Shown here: positions 25,209-37,438 of the stretch, one piece after another
Position numbering within the stretch: the first letter of the stretch is position 1
How the letters are laid out: every line of letters begins with the position of its first letter
Assembly: GCF_006345805.1 (NCBI RefSeq)
Contig: NW_021833585.1
Span: 1 to 57,940, forward strand
Direction: 5' to 3'
DNA: 57,940 nucleotides
From: Octopus sinensis
Taxonomy: Eukaryota
Notes under the pieces: generated by a model
Told to the model about the DNA's origin: nothing
Databases searched by the model: none
What the model saw: only the letters and a program-made list of their open reading frames with translations
Made by a program: the position numbers and the translations under genes

Positions 25209-25437
25209 TTTTACTCTTTTATTTGTTTCAGTCATTTGACTGTGGCCATGCTGGAGCACCGCCTTTAGTCAGTCGAGCAAATCGACGCCAGGACTTATAC
25301 TTTGTAAGTCTAATACTTATTCTATCGGTCTCTTTTTGCCGAACAGCTATGTCACGGGGACGTAAACACACCAGCATCGGTTGTGAAGCGATTTTGGGAG
25401 GGAACAAACACAAACACACAAACATATACACACACAT

Positions 25438-25478
<41 letters not shown>

Positions 25479-25635
25479 CACGACGGGCTTCTTTCAGTTT
25501 CCGTCTACCAAATCCATTCACAAGGCTTTGGTCTGCCCGAGGCTATAGTAGAAGACACTTGCCCAAGGTACCACGCAGTGGGAATGAACCCGGAACCATG
25601 TGGCTAGTAAGCAAGCTACTTACCACTCCTACGCC
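25209..25635 (-). mobile_element. SINE family A, near full length
   Basis: Colinear with 21799-22200 and 30694-31074, including the 3' tail actgaaacaa.taaaagagtaaaag. Confidence 0.9.
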
Positions 25636-26669
25636 TTTTCTTTCTGCTAGAGGCACCAAACCTATACGCGATTTCCTTGACCCCAATGCGCATTCCTGAA
25701 AGGATGAAAGTCAAAGTCTGTTACAGTGGCATCTGAACGCAGAACGTAAAGAGGTGCTAACGATTCTGCCAAAGCGCTACCTTCAGTATAACTAGCAAAG
25801 ACAAGTACAAAAATTAAGACACGACATCGTCCAGAATGACAAAAATTATTTCGTGTCAGATTTATGTATGTTTCTTGGTCTTGGCGTACTAAGAATATTT
25901 ATTTCTTCACCAGTACATATTCTCCGACTCAATTAGTGACTGCTTAGTTCGATCGACTAAATTATCGATTATTATCATTTCTTTTTATTTCATTTTAACA
26001 TAGTTCAATACCAGAGTGATCGATGTAAATTTGGCAACAAAACAAATCTTGAACGGTTTGTTTTTGTTTTGTTTTTTATTCAAATATAATATATAAAATA
26101 ATTTTATAAAATAGGTGGCACCGCCTAATTATTATTTACGCCAATTAACAATTATTTATGAATTAGCTGTTGTTTAGCAACCGACTTCACATAGTTTTCT
26201 GTGAACAATAGCGACGACAGTTATAGTTTTTCAATGTTTACTGCATTTCAGATAGCGATTGTAACAATGGAATGTTTCCTGATGCAGAACAAATATCTCA
26301 AGGGGCTTCTTAAATCATCACGCTTTTGGATTCCCGCCAATAGTTTTAAACTTGGGTCGCATTTAATTACCAAACATCGAAGCACAGATACATAACTCTG
26401 TATTAATCTATCATGTCAGTCCCTTGACTCATTATATTTCCCACTCTCTCTTTCTATATATGTTCGTAATTACATACGTGCAAACATACATGCATACGTA
26501 CGTACGTACATACATACGTACATATATTTTCATGCATACATAGATACATGCATAAATACATATATACATACACACACACATACATACATACTTATATGAA
26601 TTAACAATTCCACTCAGAAGTTTCACGAGCGCGAAAAATATCTTAAAGATCTCGGATGCTTATTCCTTA

Positions 26670-27230
26670 GTTATAATGTGGTCACAGTTTGCTAATGAAA
26701 CTGATTGTCATTAAACGGCGATTAAAGTTCGCATGCCTTGGTCACTCTGTGAATAAATCGGTATTTTAGCAGGAGGTGATCCTTGCATGATATCTCTGTT
26801 TGAAATTCCAGGAAAATTGAAATCTTCATCAAAGTTTCCGGGTTAGTTTTAAAAGATAATGATTTAAAAGCAACTACCAGAGAGCCTTATTAGTGGCATT
26901 TAACAGCAGTTCAGTTTTCTTTACTGATGAAGTTGATAATTGCAATAGGAGAGTTTTCCTGCAAAAACAATGAAGACATTTGCAAATCCAGAATTGCAAC
27001 AATCATTACTTCAGAATTTAGATCGTTGTATGTTACGCTTTTAGTTGTCTTGTATGTAGTGTGTGACAGTATTTGTTTCCTGGCTAATGCTTCTTTATAT
27101 CATTAGGAATATCTAACTGAGAAAAGTGCAATGTAAAAAGTTGAAAGAGGGCTTGGGGTGGTGTGGAGATATTACATATTCGGTCAGGTTAATAAAGTCT
27201 GTTCCAGTTATCTTGAAATCTTTTATTTAA
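26670..27230 (-). pseudogene. Possible apurinic-endonuclease (CR1/L2-like ORF2 N-terminus) remnant
   Basis: Broken minus-strand translation gives, in the expected order, TDFINLTE, SEVMIVAILD, ELLLNATNKA, EDFNFPGIS and SLANCDHII, resembling the PDII.ITE, GDFNFP.I and SDH motifs of LINE endonucleases. Confidence 0.4.
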
Positions 27231-27499
27231 GCATGGCACGCTTGTCATTTACGACCAGAATTATCTACAAGTGTGTCGGCTGCCTCGGTCTTGAGAAAAT
27301 AAGCTATCTAGTTCCTTCGCTTTATCCCAGCATGCTTCAGTAAGGTATATCATATATAACACCATTTCTTCAGTGAGGTTAGAAGCGGACGTCTTTATAT
27401 TTTCAACTTTCTACATCTTTTGCTAAGGTTCCATGACATATGGGATTGTTATAACATATGCTTTCAAATACAGCTGTTTACTGTCGCTTAATTTAAAAC

Positions 27500-28130
27500 C
27501 ATTTACAGTGAAGCAGAATTGCAGGAGCTCATCGCATGCCTGGAAAGAGTATCGGGAGCATACAGGATGGATATGCGCCCAGAAAAGAGCAAGATCCTGT
27601 TTAATAGTAACAACCAAAACACAGTAGCCAGCATCATGCTAAACGGGGAGAGACTTGGACTAATGACGGTAGATCTCAAAAGGAGATAACAAGTTCCAGT
27701 TTAGCCTTTCCTGCAATGACGAAGCTGAACAACATATGGTAAAGCAATTCCGTTAGATTTTCAACAAGGCCATCGTAACTTCGATCCTTCAGTATGGATG
27801 TGAGAGCGGGACTTTTAGCCTTACATGAAGCGAAGAACATGATGACACAAATGCATCAGAAGGCTATTGCACACCCCGTACACAGAGCGCAAAAGGAACG
27901 GCTTTGTCAGACAGCAAGTCAATAAATACGGTGGCAGAAAGGAACCACCTCTGGTCATGTATCCCGTCACAACACCCTGCCCCAAACCATTCTTCAGGGC
28001 GCAGTTATGGGAGGGCGAAAGACAGGTTCACTTAGATAATGTTTGTTTGACTACATTAAGAACTGGACGAAACCACAACGCAACGATCTTGCAACGCATG
28101 ACAGAGAACAGAGACCAACGGTGACGGCTA
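27500..28130 (+). mobile_element. RTE-clade LINE, 3' ORF fragment
   Basis: SEAELQELIACLERVSGAYRMDMRPEKSKIL...MTKLNNIW...SILQYGCES...PYTERKRNGFVRQQV...GHVSRHNTLPKTILQG..GGRK, typical of RTE RT C-terminal segments. Confidence 0.85.
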
Positions 28131-28190
28131 CCTATGAAAGCGTTTGGAGTGACTGCATCAATTTAGGAATCTTCATTATGATGATGATGG

Positions 28191-28224
<34 letters not shown>

Positions 28225-28284
28225 ATTTAGGTATATGTTTGCATGTGTACATAAATATATATATATTAGAAGTATTGGGGGTGA

Positions 28285-28324
<40 letters not shown>

Positions 28325-28349
28325 GGATGAGGATGATGATGATGATGAT

Positions 28350-28815
28350 GGTGATGATAATATATCCAGACAAGTTTTTGAAAACTAACTTTTATTAACC
28401 AATTTGTCATCTTCCATTGAAAGAACTGACCAGCTGTATAGGTGTAACCAATTTTTTTTCTTTTTCCTTTCTTCCTTCTTACTTTCTTTCTATTTTCCAT
28501 TGACACACCTTTCAGATACACAGGCACACATAACAGTACACACACTCTCCCTCACTGGACAATGATGATGACGATGGTGATAAATCCAGACAAGTTTTTG
28601 AAAAATGACTTTTATCAAGACCCGCCTTAGAGTAGCCACCTGGTTTTGTCATTTTTAGAGGCCAAGAATGAACTCATCACTTTCTATTGAAAGAACTGAC
28701 CAGCTGTAAAGATGTAAACATATTGTTTCTTCTTTCTCTCTTCCTTCTTTCTTTCCTTTCAGATACACAGACACACACACACATACACAAAAATCACACC
28801 CACTCTCTCTCACTT
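28350..28815 (+). repeat. Diverged tandem duplication (two units of about 205 and 255 bp)
   Basis: Both units carry atccagacaagtttttgaaaa, ttgaaagaactgaccagctgta and ctttcagatacacag. Confidence 0.85.
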
Positions 28816-29052
28816 TTCCCCCATTCCTCTTTTACTATCCTATATCTCTCCCCACCCCTACACACTCACTAATACTATAAAAAGAGACGAATCCTCTCAA
28901 ACAAATTCAAATCTGGAGATTCTACTAGAGTAGATGCAAGCGCTAATATATGATTTATAAAAACATGTGACATATTAATAAAAATCTGTAAATGTACAAC
29001 CATCCAGATTTCTGAGTACCTTATTTATTCTAATATATATATATATATATAT

Positions 29053-29360
29053 ATCACCGTGACCGTCCAGGCTATCAGATATTGCTACACATCGCTGGTC
29101 ACAATGCGCTTCGCATTGTTTTTGGCCTTCAAATGACGCCACCCCGCTGGCTAAGCGAGCAGGCCAACAGAAGAAAGAGTGAAAGAAAGTTGTGGCGAAA
29201 GAGTACAGCAGGGATCGCCACCCCCACCCCCTGCCGGAACCTCGTGGAAATTTAGGTGTTTTCGCTCAATAAACACTCACAATGCCCGGTCTGGGAATCG
29301 AACCCGCGATCCAACGACCGCGAGTCCGCTGCCCTAACCACTAGGCCATTGCGCCTCCAC
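29053..29360 (-). mobile_element. tRNA-derived SINE family C
   Basis: Minus-strand head gtggaggcgcaaTGGCCTAGTGGttagggcagcggactcgcgg...cgcgGGTTCGATTCCcagaccggg (A and B boxes); body shared with 37130-37438. Confidence 0.9.
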
Positions 29361-29389
29361 ACACACACACACACCCACACACACACACT

Positions 29390-29428
<39 letters not shown>

Positions 29429-29859
29429 TTCTGTTTGAATGCACATTTATCTGTGTGCATCGAACACCACCTCTGTTCCTAGACCCAGTTGGTAGATCTT
29501 AGGCAAATAGTCCATAGCTGCATGCGTCACCCTCTCAGGTAAAAGAATTTTGGGGTGGATATGATATGCTAAGCTCCTTGACGACCGCATAGCTACAGTC
29601 TAATGACTGACATCTGTAAACGGATAAAATAATAAAATAATTAAGAATCCAGATAACATGACTAAGCAAATTGAAATTCCAATGTGCAAACTGAGAAATT
29701 CTACAAACTGGAGACGGCTAATAGAAAATTCTATTAGTTTGACATAAATATAAATTTGAAAATGCTATGGAAGCCAATTACTTCCTTATAGCCTATTAGC
29801 CAAGAGGGATTTCATCGAAACACTTCGTATACATGTTCCTGTTCTTGTTGTTAGTGTTG

Positions 29860-30000
29860 GCGGTGGTGGTGGTGGTGGTGGTGATGGTGTTGGTGGAGGT
29901 GGTAGTGGTGGTGGTGGTGTTGGTGGTGGTGGTGGTGGCGGCGGCGGCGGCGGTGGTGGTGGTGGTGGTGGTGGTGGTGGTGGTGGTGGTGGTTGTGGTG
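29860..30000. repeat. (GGT)n/(GGC)n array
   Basis: Visible tandem triplets. Confidence 0.95.
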
Positions 30001-30693
30001 CTTGCCTCAGGTCAAGTCTGATCAGATATACATATGATTAAGTGTTTTCTATTCTACCTTTGATTTTTGTATACCAGCAACTACATTTTCCACAACCCGC
30101 TTAAGTATATTCAGTAGTTAAGATGATAAGGTGTGATTTGAGAGAAATTTTGCTGCTCTTTCTAGCACCTCAAACGGCCACATAGAGAATGCCTTCAAAA
30201 TAGAACCATCATTTTAGGAAGGAAAGGAGTTAATAGGTAATATAACTCTGGATTTACTTTCAGGAAATAAAATAGAGTGATCAAGACTACAATAGTCTGG
30301 TCAAAGGTCTGCTTGACCTCATGTGACATGCAACTAGACAGCAACCGCCGTTTAATTAATATTTCACTTTCTGATATGCACAAATTATATCCAGTATGTA
30401 AAGGATCTTTTATCATATTCTACCGCCTTAAATAAATGTGGACAATTTAAACATCATCGTCACACACAAACAGAAGGCGTAGTCACGACTGGAGCATTTT
30501 TGATCTTAGATTTGCCTTATCATGGTTAAATTGAGGCCAAACACACAAGAGATCATAAGGCTCTACCGTCCGAATTATTTTATTTAATCACACAAAAAAC
30601 ATTGTAGAGCAATATTTTTTATATTCATTAGTTTATCAGATAAGGTAAATGAATTTAGACTTGTAGGGTTTCCAAGAATTTTCAGATTTATTA

Positions 30694-30857
30694 TAGGCGT
30701 AGGAGTAGCTGAGTAGTAAGAAGCTTGCTTACCAACCATATGGTTCCGGGTTCAGTCCCACTGCGTGGCACCTTGGGCAAGTCTCTTCTACGATAGCCTC
30801 GGGCCGACCAAAGCCTTGTGAGTGGATTTGATAGACGGAAACTGAAAGAAGCCTGTC

Positions 30858-30903
<46 letters not shown>

Positions 30904-31074
30904 GTGTGTGTGTTTGTATATATGTTTGTGTGTATGTGTTTGTTCCTTCCCCAACATCGCATGACAACCAATGCTTGTGAGTTTACGTCCCCGTAACTTA
31001 GAGGCTCGGCAAAAGGCGGTGCTCCAGCATGGCCACAGTCAAATGACTGAAACAAGTAAAAGAGTAAAAGAGTA
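30694..31074 (+). mobile_element. SINE family A with an internal deletion in the 3' half
   Basis: Starts taggcgtaggagtagctg; the junction ggcaaaaggcggtgctcc at about 31013 skips the gagaccgatagaataag...cgact segment seen in other copies. Confidence 0.9.
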
Positions 31075-31923
31075 TTCGATTTGAACGTCTATAAACTAGA
31101 ATCAATCCGTACAGAAAAGAGATTTAACATGGAATTTCAGGGAGTGGAGACCAACAGATGCGGGGGAATGATTATTAGATGTATTTGGTGTGGAACCTAC
31201 GATGTGAAACACCGTAGAGATATATACAGAAAATCAGAGAAAATTTGATGGGTTAGGTTTGCATAGAGATACTATATAGTGATCTATCAGTTCTATAAAT
31301 TCTATAAATGCTTCAGAGTGACAGAAGCAATTGTAATAGCAGTAGTAAGAGGCTTAGATAATAAACAATTCTCCTGGGCTGTAGTTGCTTAAATGTATTG
31401 AGGAATAGAATCTTTGCCAACCACAGGAAATATTTGCCCTTAGATGCGGTCTAGGATGCTTGTATGCGTGTCAGTAGCATTGTCAAAGATATCCAAGTAG
31501 TACACCAAGTAGGACTTACTTGTAAGATATAGTAATGTCGGGGGATTTGAGTACTTCAACTGGGTGTTATGTATGTGCCGTGTTCTGTTTCTTTTATATA
31601 TTTAGTGAATGGGTCTTTGTGTTGCTGACGTCACTGTTTCAATTCAAGTATGTTTTAGAATTTCTCTTCCAGGAATAAGTGCTTACCCAGCTGAAGCGTC
31701 GATACTTTATGTACATGCATCACGTTATGGCTGTAAAGTGTAATATCACTTATGACGGTCATTTTATCTCTGTGTTTGTTTTTGAACTTTAAAATTAACC
31801 GTAAGTCAATTTACAGAAGACTGTAGAACAAAAATATTGTCATTATCATGTACGCATTTTCTCTATGCAATGTAGCAAAAATTAAATCATATATATCTTA
31901 TATATATATATAATATATATATA

Positions 31924-31968
<45 letters not shown>

Positions 31969-33008
31969 TATGAACGATTTATAGATCTTTTACTCAACTG
32001 AAAAGCGTCAAAGAGACTCGAAATTGCATTAGGGCTGGTATATTACAGATTTGCTACACCACCTTTATGACAGTATTAGAAAAATGCTTATATCTAACCA
32101 TGTGCTTCGTTGTCCGATTTAAAAGTACTGTTATATACTTTTAGAGAATTTGACTATTGAGCACTCTGTAACAAGCACCCGTTCGGAGAAGTTTTCAATC
32201 AGAAAATAGCTCACACCACAGAGCTATTTTTAAGGTGGCGAGCTGGCAATTGTAAGTAATGTATATTTCTTTCATAAACATCTTCCAAAGGTCTGAATTA
32301 TTCAATAAAATCTATATTTTAAACCAGCACGATATGATTTATGACATATTTAGCTACTATTTCTGCTAGGTCAGAAAGCAGCTTTCTTATAATGCAAATT
32401 TGACCCCCAACAGAATATCACGAAAACCGTGTGTTATCTTGTGCTCTACCGAATCTGACAACGGCCATCCTAATAACTTCTCAAGTTGGCACACGGCCAG
32501 AAAATCTGACGGAGCCAACAGTTAATTAAATCGATTCCACTATTTATTTCATGCGATTTCTTTGTTTATATAACATGATTGACGCTTACAATATAGGTAT
32601 CTGGTTTCAGCAACGGCTCTTCAGAATACTAATGAAAATGAGGCATAGATGAAATGTCTGTATCACAAAAAATGTTAACACCGTAAGTAAAAGGGAACTT
32701 CTAAAAATGATAGGAAAATACAAGGAAAAGTAGTGATGTAAGCCGACATATAAAACTATATTTGAAGAGTAAAATTTAGTAAAAACAAAGAAAAAAACAG
32801 GAAGATAATCCAGAATCCTTGTCCGGTACCAGATCGATCTCAACGGTAGTCATAGAATGTGAAGATGGGTGTGCGGGCAGTGTTTGTAATGCTGTGTGTG
32901 TAAGGCCTTTTTAGTCTATCCACTGCTAGTATCTTTACGACCATTAAGATCGATAGCAAAAAATTTATCCGTGCGGATCATACTCTGCCAAATAAGCTCA
33001 GTTTTCAT

Positions 33009-33064
<56 letters not shown>

Positions 33065-33068
<4 letters not shown>

Positions 33069-33385
33069 GGAGCATCATAGCAATGTGTTGAGAGGGATTC
33101 TTTGGGGTTTGAATAATTCACCTCTGGAAACATGGGTGGTTCTTCCAACATCCTTAAACAACCCTTATTCAGGGACCTTTTGAGCGGGATGAGCTACTCA
33201 ACCTGAAGAAAATTCTAACTGGGCCCCACCTGCAAGGTCATGTGGTGTTTATATTGATATGAGATCACCATGTCGCGCACATATGGTTGTGATGCATGTG
33301 CCTGGTGTACCCTTATCAGACGGGTAGTCATGATGGGCAAAAGAGACCGATAGAATAAGTATTGGGCTTACAAAGAATAAGTGTT
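33065..33385 (+). mobile_element. SINE-like repeat fused to a short family A 3' segment
   Basis: The body (gagatcaccatgtcgcgcacatatggttgtgatgcatgtgcctggtgtacc) switches at about 33337 to gcaaaagagaccgatagaataagtattgggcttacaaagaataagt, which matches family A. Confidence 0.6.
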
Positions 33386-33458
33386 ACTTGATGACACCAA
33401 GTAGCCCAAAATGTGAACGTGGTTTAATGAACGCACTAATTGACATAACCATTAGACA

Positions 33459-33552
<94 letters not shown>

Positions 33553-33582
33553 TATACATAGACTATATATACGTATACTTAT

Positions 33583-33613
<31 letters not shown>

Positions 33614-33691
33614 CAGAATGAGAGGGAGAGAATATCATATATATGCGTGTGTGTCTGTGTCTATATATATATATGTGTGTGCGTGTGTGTA

Positions 33692-34952
33692 TTGAATCAT
33701 CCCATAAATAATGCGTTTCTATCTTTTTAATACCATGAACGAAAAGTCGAAGGGACACCGGATAAACTAACTGCATAAAATTGCTATAAAAGCAGGTAGT
33801 AATTTTACCCGTACTTATTCTTAGTGCAAGTTTTAAAGAGTGCAGTTCCATTTCAACAGTTATGTTTTCAAAGCTAAAATCGAAGTGACAAAGGAGCATA
33901 TTCGGTACATATTATTTTAAGAGTTCAATAAGGGCGACTGCGCAACAGAAATTGCGCAGAATATTAGTGCAGTATATGGGGATTGGAAAAAAGTGTAAGC
34001 CAGTCTCAACGGTGCTTCCAGAAATTCAGAGCCGTAAACTACATCCTAGAAGACAAGCCTCGTCCTGGAAGATCTGAAGAACTCGATGAGGACGTCCTGC
34101 AAACTCTGGTGGAACAAAATCCCAGCGTAATTGTTGATGAACTAGCAGAGAAGCTTGGACTTCAACCATTCATCGATACCTCCATGCCATCAGAAAAGTC
34201 AGCAAATTGGGACATTGGGTTCCTCACAAACATTCCGCGTTTAATCGCGAGCAGAAATGGAATGTGTGGTCTTCATTGCTCTTACATCTCACGAATGAAC
34301 CATTATTGGACCGAATAGTAACTGGTGACGAGAAATGGGCTTTCTATAAAAATGTCAAGTGCCGAAGACAGTGGGTAAGGAAACAAGAAACACTGGCAAG
34401 CTAGGCTAAAGAAGGTCTTCACCCTCGTGAGTTGTTGTCATCTGTTTGGTGGGATATAATTTATCTAATTTGAACTTTTAAACTCAAACCAAACGATAAC
34501 AAACGAGTTCTACAGCGAGCAGCTTGAGCGGCTGAAGTCAGTGCTAGAAGGAAATTGACCAGCTTCGGTTACAAGACAAAAGGTGTCCTTCCATCAGGAT
34601 AATGCACGACCACATATAGCGAGGATGACATTTCAAAGAGGGGAGCAGTTTGAATAGGAAGCGATGACCCACCCACGATATTCGCCGAACATTGCTCCAT
34701 CTGATTATAATTTATTCCGCCGTCTTCAAAACCACTTGAACGGAATAAATATAAATTCTGTAGACGAGATCAGGACAGTACTGGAGGAGTATTTTATGTC
34801 ACGGCCGAGTGAATTTTGGAAAAGGAGCTTTGCAAATCTACCAGGTATAAGGAAGTGCATTGCAGAAAATGAAAGAGTGTATATTTTTGATTAAAAAAGA
34901 ACATTCTTAATCCTAATTTTGAAAAAACCGCACTATTTATGGGATGAACCAA
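33692..34952 (+). mobile_element. Full-length-size mariner (DD34D-type) transposon, degenerate
   Basis: EVTKEHIRY...FQKFRAVNYILEDKPRPGR; WVPH; DRIVTGDEKW; FHQDNARPH; HPRYSPNIAPSDYNLFRRLQNHL. TIRs ttgaatcatcccataaataatgcg / ttggttcatcccataaatagtgcg; about 1.26 kb. Confidence 0.95.
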
Positions 34953-34978
34953 GGTATACAAACACACACACACACACA

Positions 34979-35018
<40 letters not shown>

Positions 35019-35021
<3 letters not shown>

Positions 35022-35141
35022 CGTCAAGCTTCTTTCAGTTTCCGTCTACCAAATCCACTCACATGGCTTTGGTCAGACGCAGTGGAACTGAGCCATGTGG
35101 TTGGTAAGCAACCTACTTATCACACAGTCACTCCTGCGCCT
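35019..35141 (-). mobile_element. SINE family A, 5' part with internal deletion
   Basis: taggcgcaggagtgactgtgtgataag...gagtggatttggtagacggaaactgaaagaagc on the minus strand. Confidence 0.8.
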
Positions 35142-35169
35142 ATGAGTATGCATACACACACACACACAC

Positions 35170-35215
<46 letters not shown>

Positions 35216-35489
35216 CACCATTCAAGCTCACTACATAAACTCACGTAGAATTTTTTTCTCGACAGGCTGTGCTCCTCTTAACACTATCCCTACAAGAAAA
35301 GGTCCCATCACCTTCAAACAGCACCAAGTCAGGTTTCTTCAAGCGATACCAGATAAGTCGCCTGGCTAAACCTGTATACATCATAGTCAACACCATCTCC
35401 CATGAATGACCCATGAATGTGCCATGATACCACAAGACTTGACTTGAAATTTTATACATGTAGAATATATAATCAAGACCTCAGATACA

Positions 35490-35607
35490 AGAATGGAGAA
35501 TTATACATCTTCAAGACTTGTATTATTCCCATTAAATTAGCATTAGAATCTAATGCGAATTTAATGAGAATAATACAAGTTTTTGAAGATGTATAATTCT
35601 ACATTCT
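35490..35607. repeat. Near-perfect palindrome, arms of about 55-58 bp, essentially no loop
   Basis: agaattatacatcttcaagacttgtattattcccattaaattagcattaga pairs with tctaatgcgaatttaatgagaataatacaagtttttgaagatgtataattct with a few mismatches. Confidence 0.92.
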
Positions 35608-35730
35608 CTTCTATGATTTCTTAATATATAAATATATATATATATAATATATATATATATATACATACATATACACTTCGATATTATTGAAGCTGCAAAA
35701 ACATTACAAAAATATCACAAAAAATATTGG

Positions 35731-35767
35731 TACTCTGAGTTTCATGTTCACGTTCTTTAGACAGTTT
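35731..35767 (-). ncRNA. Degenerate copy of the 23573-23619 hammerhead family
   Basis: The minus strand reads aaactgt-CTAAAGA-acg-tgaa-cat-GAAAC-TCAGAGTA; the core is mutated. Confidence 0.55.
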
Positions 35768-35817
35768 AGAATGTGAATGGAACAAAATATATATTATACT
35801 TAAACAGGAGTATTATT

Positions 35818-35864
35818 AACAGTGACTTCGAAGTTTCTGTCAACTAAGCCGTCATCGGACCACT
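35818..35864 (-). ncRNA. Hammerhead-like motif with perfectly palindromic stem III
   Basis: The minus strand reads agtggt-CCGATGA-cggcttagttgaca-GAAAC-TTCGAA-GTC-actgtt; ACTTCGAAGT is a palindrome and the cleavage triplet is GTC; one core substitution. Confidence 0.55.
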
Positions 35865-35869
35865 TTGCA

Positions 35870-36850
35870 TTAAAGTTTAAGTTTTAACTTCATATAGTCT
35901 CTCTGAAGTGGGATACAGTGGAATGGTTTTTAGGTTGCACGGTAGGTTTGATGGAGAGGGGTTTTAGTGCATAATTGAATAACTGAACCTGGAATTACGT
36001 TATCGTTAAAAATTTATATATGCTTCTAGAACTTTGTTAACAGGTGTGTATATATGGGTTCCCACGCTTCAAGTTGTGTGATTGTGTATTACTGTTTCAC
36101 AAAAACGATATAAGCTACAGGAGAATTCCTTTTATCAGTAGATGTGCCAGTAGTCTTAGTTATTTTTGGTTTTATTGGATTTAATTCTTTGCTTTGAAAA
36201 TGTGAAGGTCAAAGTTTCAAAGTTTAGTCCAGTATTTAAAAATCTATTAACTGGATGTGTCAATTTTTCTGTTATGGAATTTTTGAAGGGTTCACAAAAG
36301 AATATAAATAGGTGGTATGCTTTAGCTGATCAGTTTCATTACTTGCTGTTTAGAGTATTTCCTGTATTTGAAAGGTTTGCATTAGTAGGACAATTAAAAA
36401 ATATTTTTGTTGTTTTTGTAAAATCTCAGAAAATGTCCTGATGTTAGTATGGAAATTTGTTTATCTTAAGCTTTGATGGTCTCAAGAAAATGTACATGGA
36501 TGTGAAGTTATTGGTCGATATATTTCACTCTAGGGGTTCATTGTATTATAAACAATTTGATTATTGTGTGTGAGTTTTAAGCTTTGTGTTTTATGGACGT
36601 AGATATTGTGGGTTATGTGTTTGTAAATATTTCTTCTATTCTGTCCCAAATTTGGTTATTTTATAATATATACTTTTTAGGCCTATGGTTATATATGAAA
36701 GCTGGACATTATAAAACGTGTGTATATACTCATATATAAAAATAGGAATAAGAATAGAATTTGATTTTTAAAAAATTGAACTACATATTTAAGACATTTA
36801 TTAAAACAATTAAAGATTTATGAAAAGGGAATTAAAAAAGAAAAAACATT
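35870..36850 (-). pseudogene. Possible highly degenerate Penelope-like element body
   Basis: An A-rich, codon-like minus-strand segment with many stops lying directly upstream of two hammerhead-like motifs; only weak motif resemblance (IYRPITSHP, PFKNSITEKL). Confidence 0.3.
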
Positions 36851-36879
36851 TTCTAATTGCATACGACTATATATGTTAT

Positions 36880-37120
36880 ATGTGGAGGCGTGTGGCTTAG
36901 TGGTTAGGGTGTTGATCTCATGATTGCAAGGATGTGGTTTCGATTCCTGGACCGGGCGATGCGTTGTGTTCTTGAGCAAAACACTTCATTTTCACGTTGC
37001 TCCAGTCCACTCAGCTGGCAAAAATGAGTAACGCTGAGATGGACAGGCGTCCCGTCCATGTGGGAAATTTCTACGCCACTGAAACCGGGAAACCGGCCCT
37101 TATCATCCTGGCAGGACTTG
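36880..37120 (+). mobile_element. tRNA-derived SINE family D
   Basis: Head gtggaggcgtgTGGCTTAGTGGttagggtg...GGTTTCGATTCC; tail ...gaaaccgggaaaccggcccttat. Confidence 0.88.
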
Positions 37121-37129
37121 AGAAGGAAA

Positions 37130-37438
37130 GTGGAGACACATGGCCTATTGGTTAGAGCAGCGGACTTACGATCGAGGGCTCGCGGGTTCGAATCTCAGAC
37201 CGGGTAATGTGTCTGTTTATGAGCGCAACACCTAAGCTCCACGCGGCTCCGGCAGAAGGTAATGGCGAACTTCTGCTGACTCTTTCGCCACAACTTTCTC
37301 TCACTCTTTCCTCCTGCATCTTGCAGCTCACCTGTGACGTATCCGCGTCCCGTCCTGGTGGGGAACTTATACGCCAAGGAAACCGGGAAACCGGCCCTTA
37401 TGACCCAGGTATGGCTTGGGAAGGAACAAACAACAATA
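37130..37438 (+). mobile_element. tRNA-derived SINE: family C head and body with a family D-type tail
   Basis: Head and body match 29053-29360 (gcgggttcga.t.tcagaccggg...tctttcgccacaactttct.tcactctt); the tail matches 37020-37105 (gtcccgtcc...gaaaccgggaaaccggcccttat). Confidence 0.88.

Noticed and set aside
29290-29360. tRNA-like sequences with A and B boxes (also at 36880 and 37130)
   Set aside because: They continue into shared SINE bodies and lack a proper acceptor stem, so they are SINE heads, not tRNA genes.
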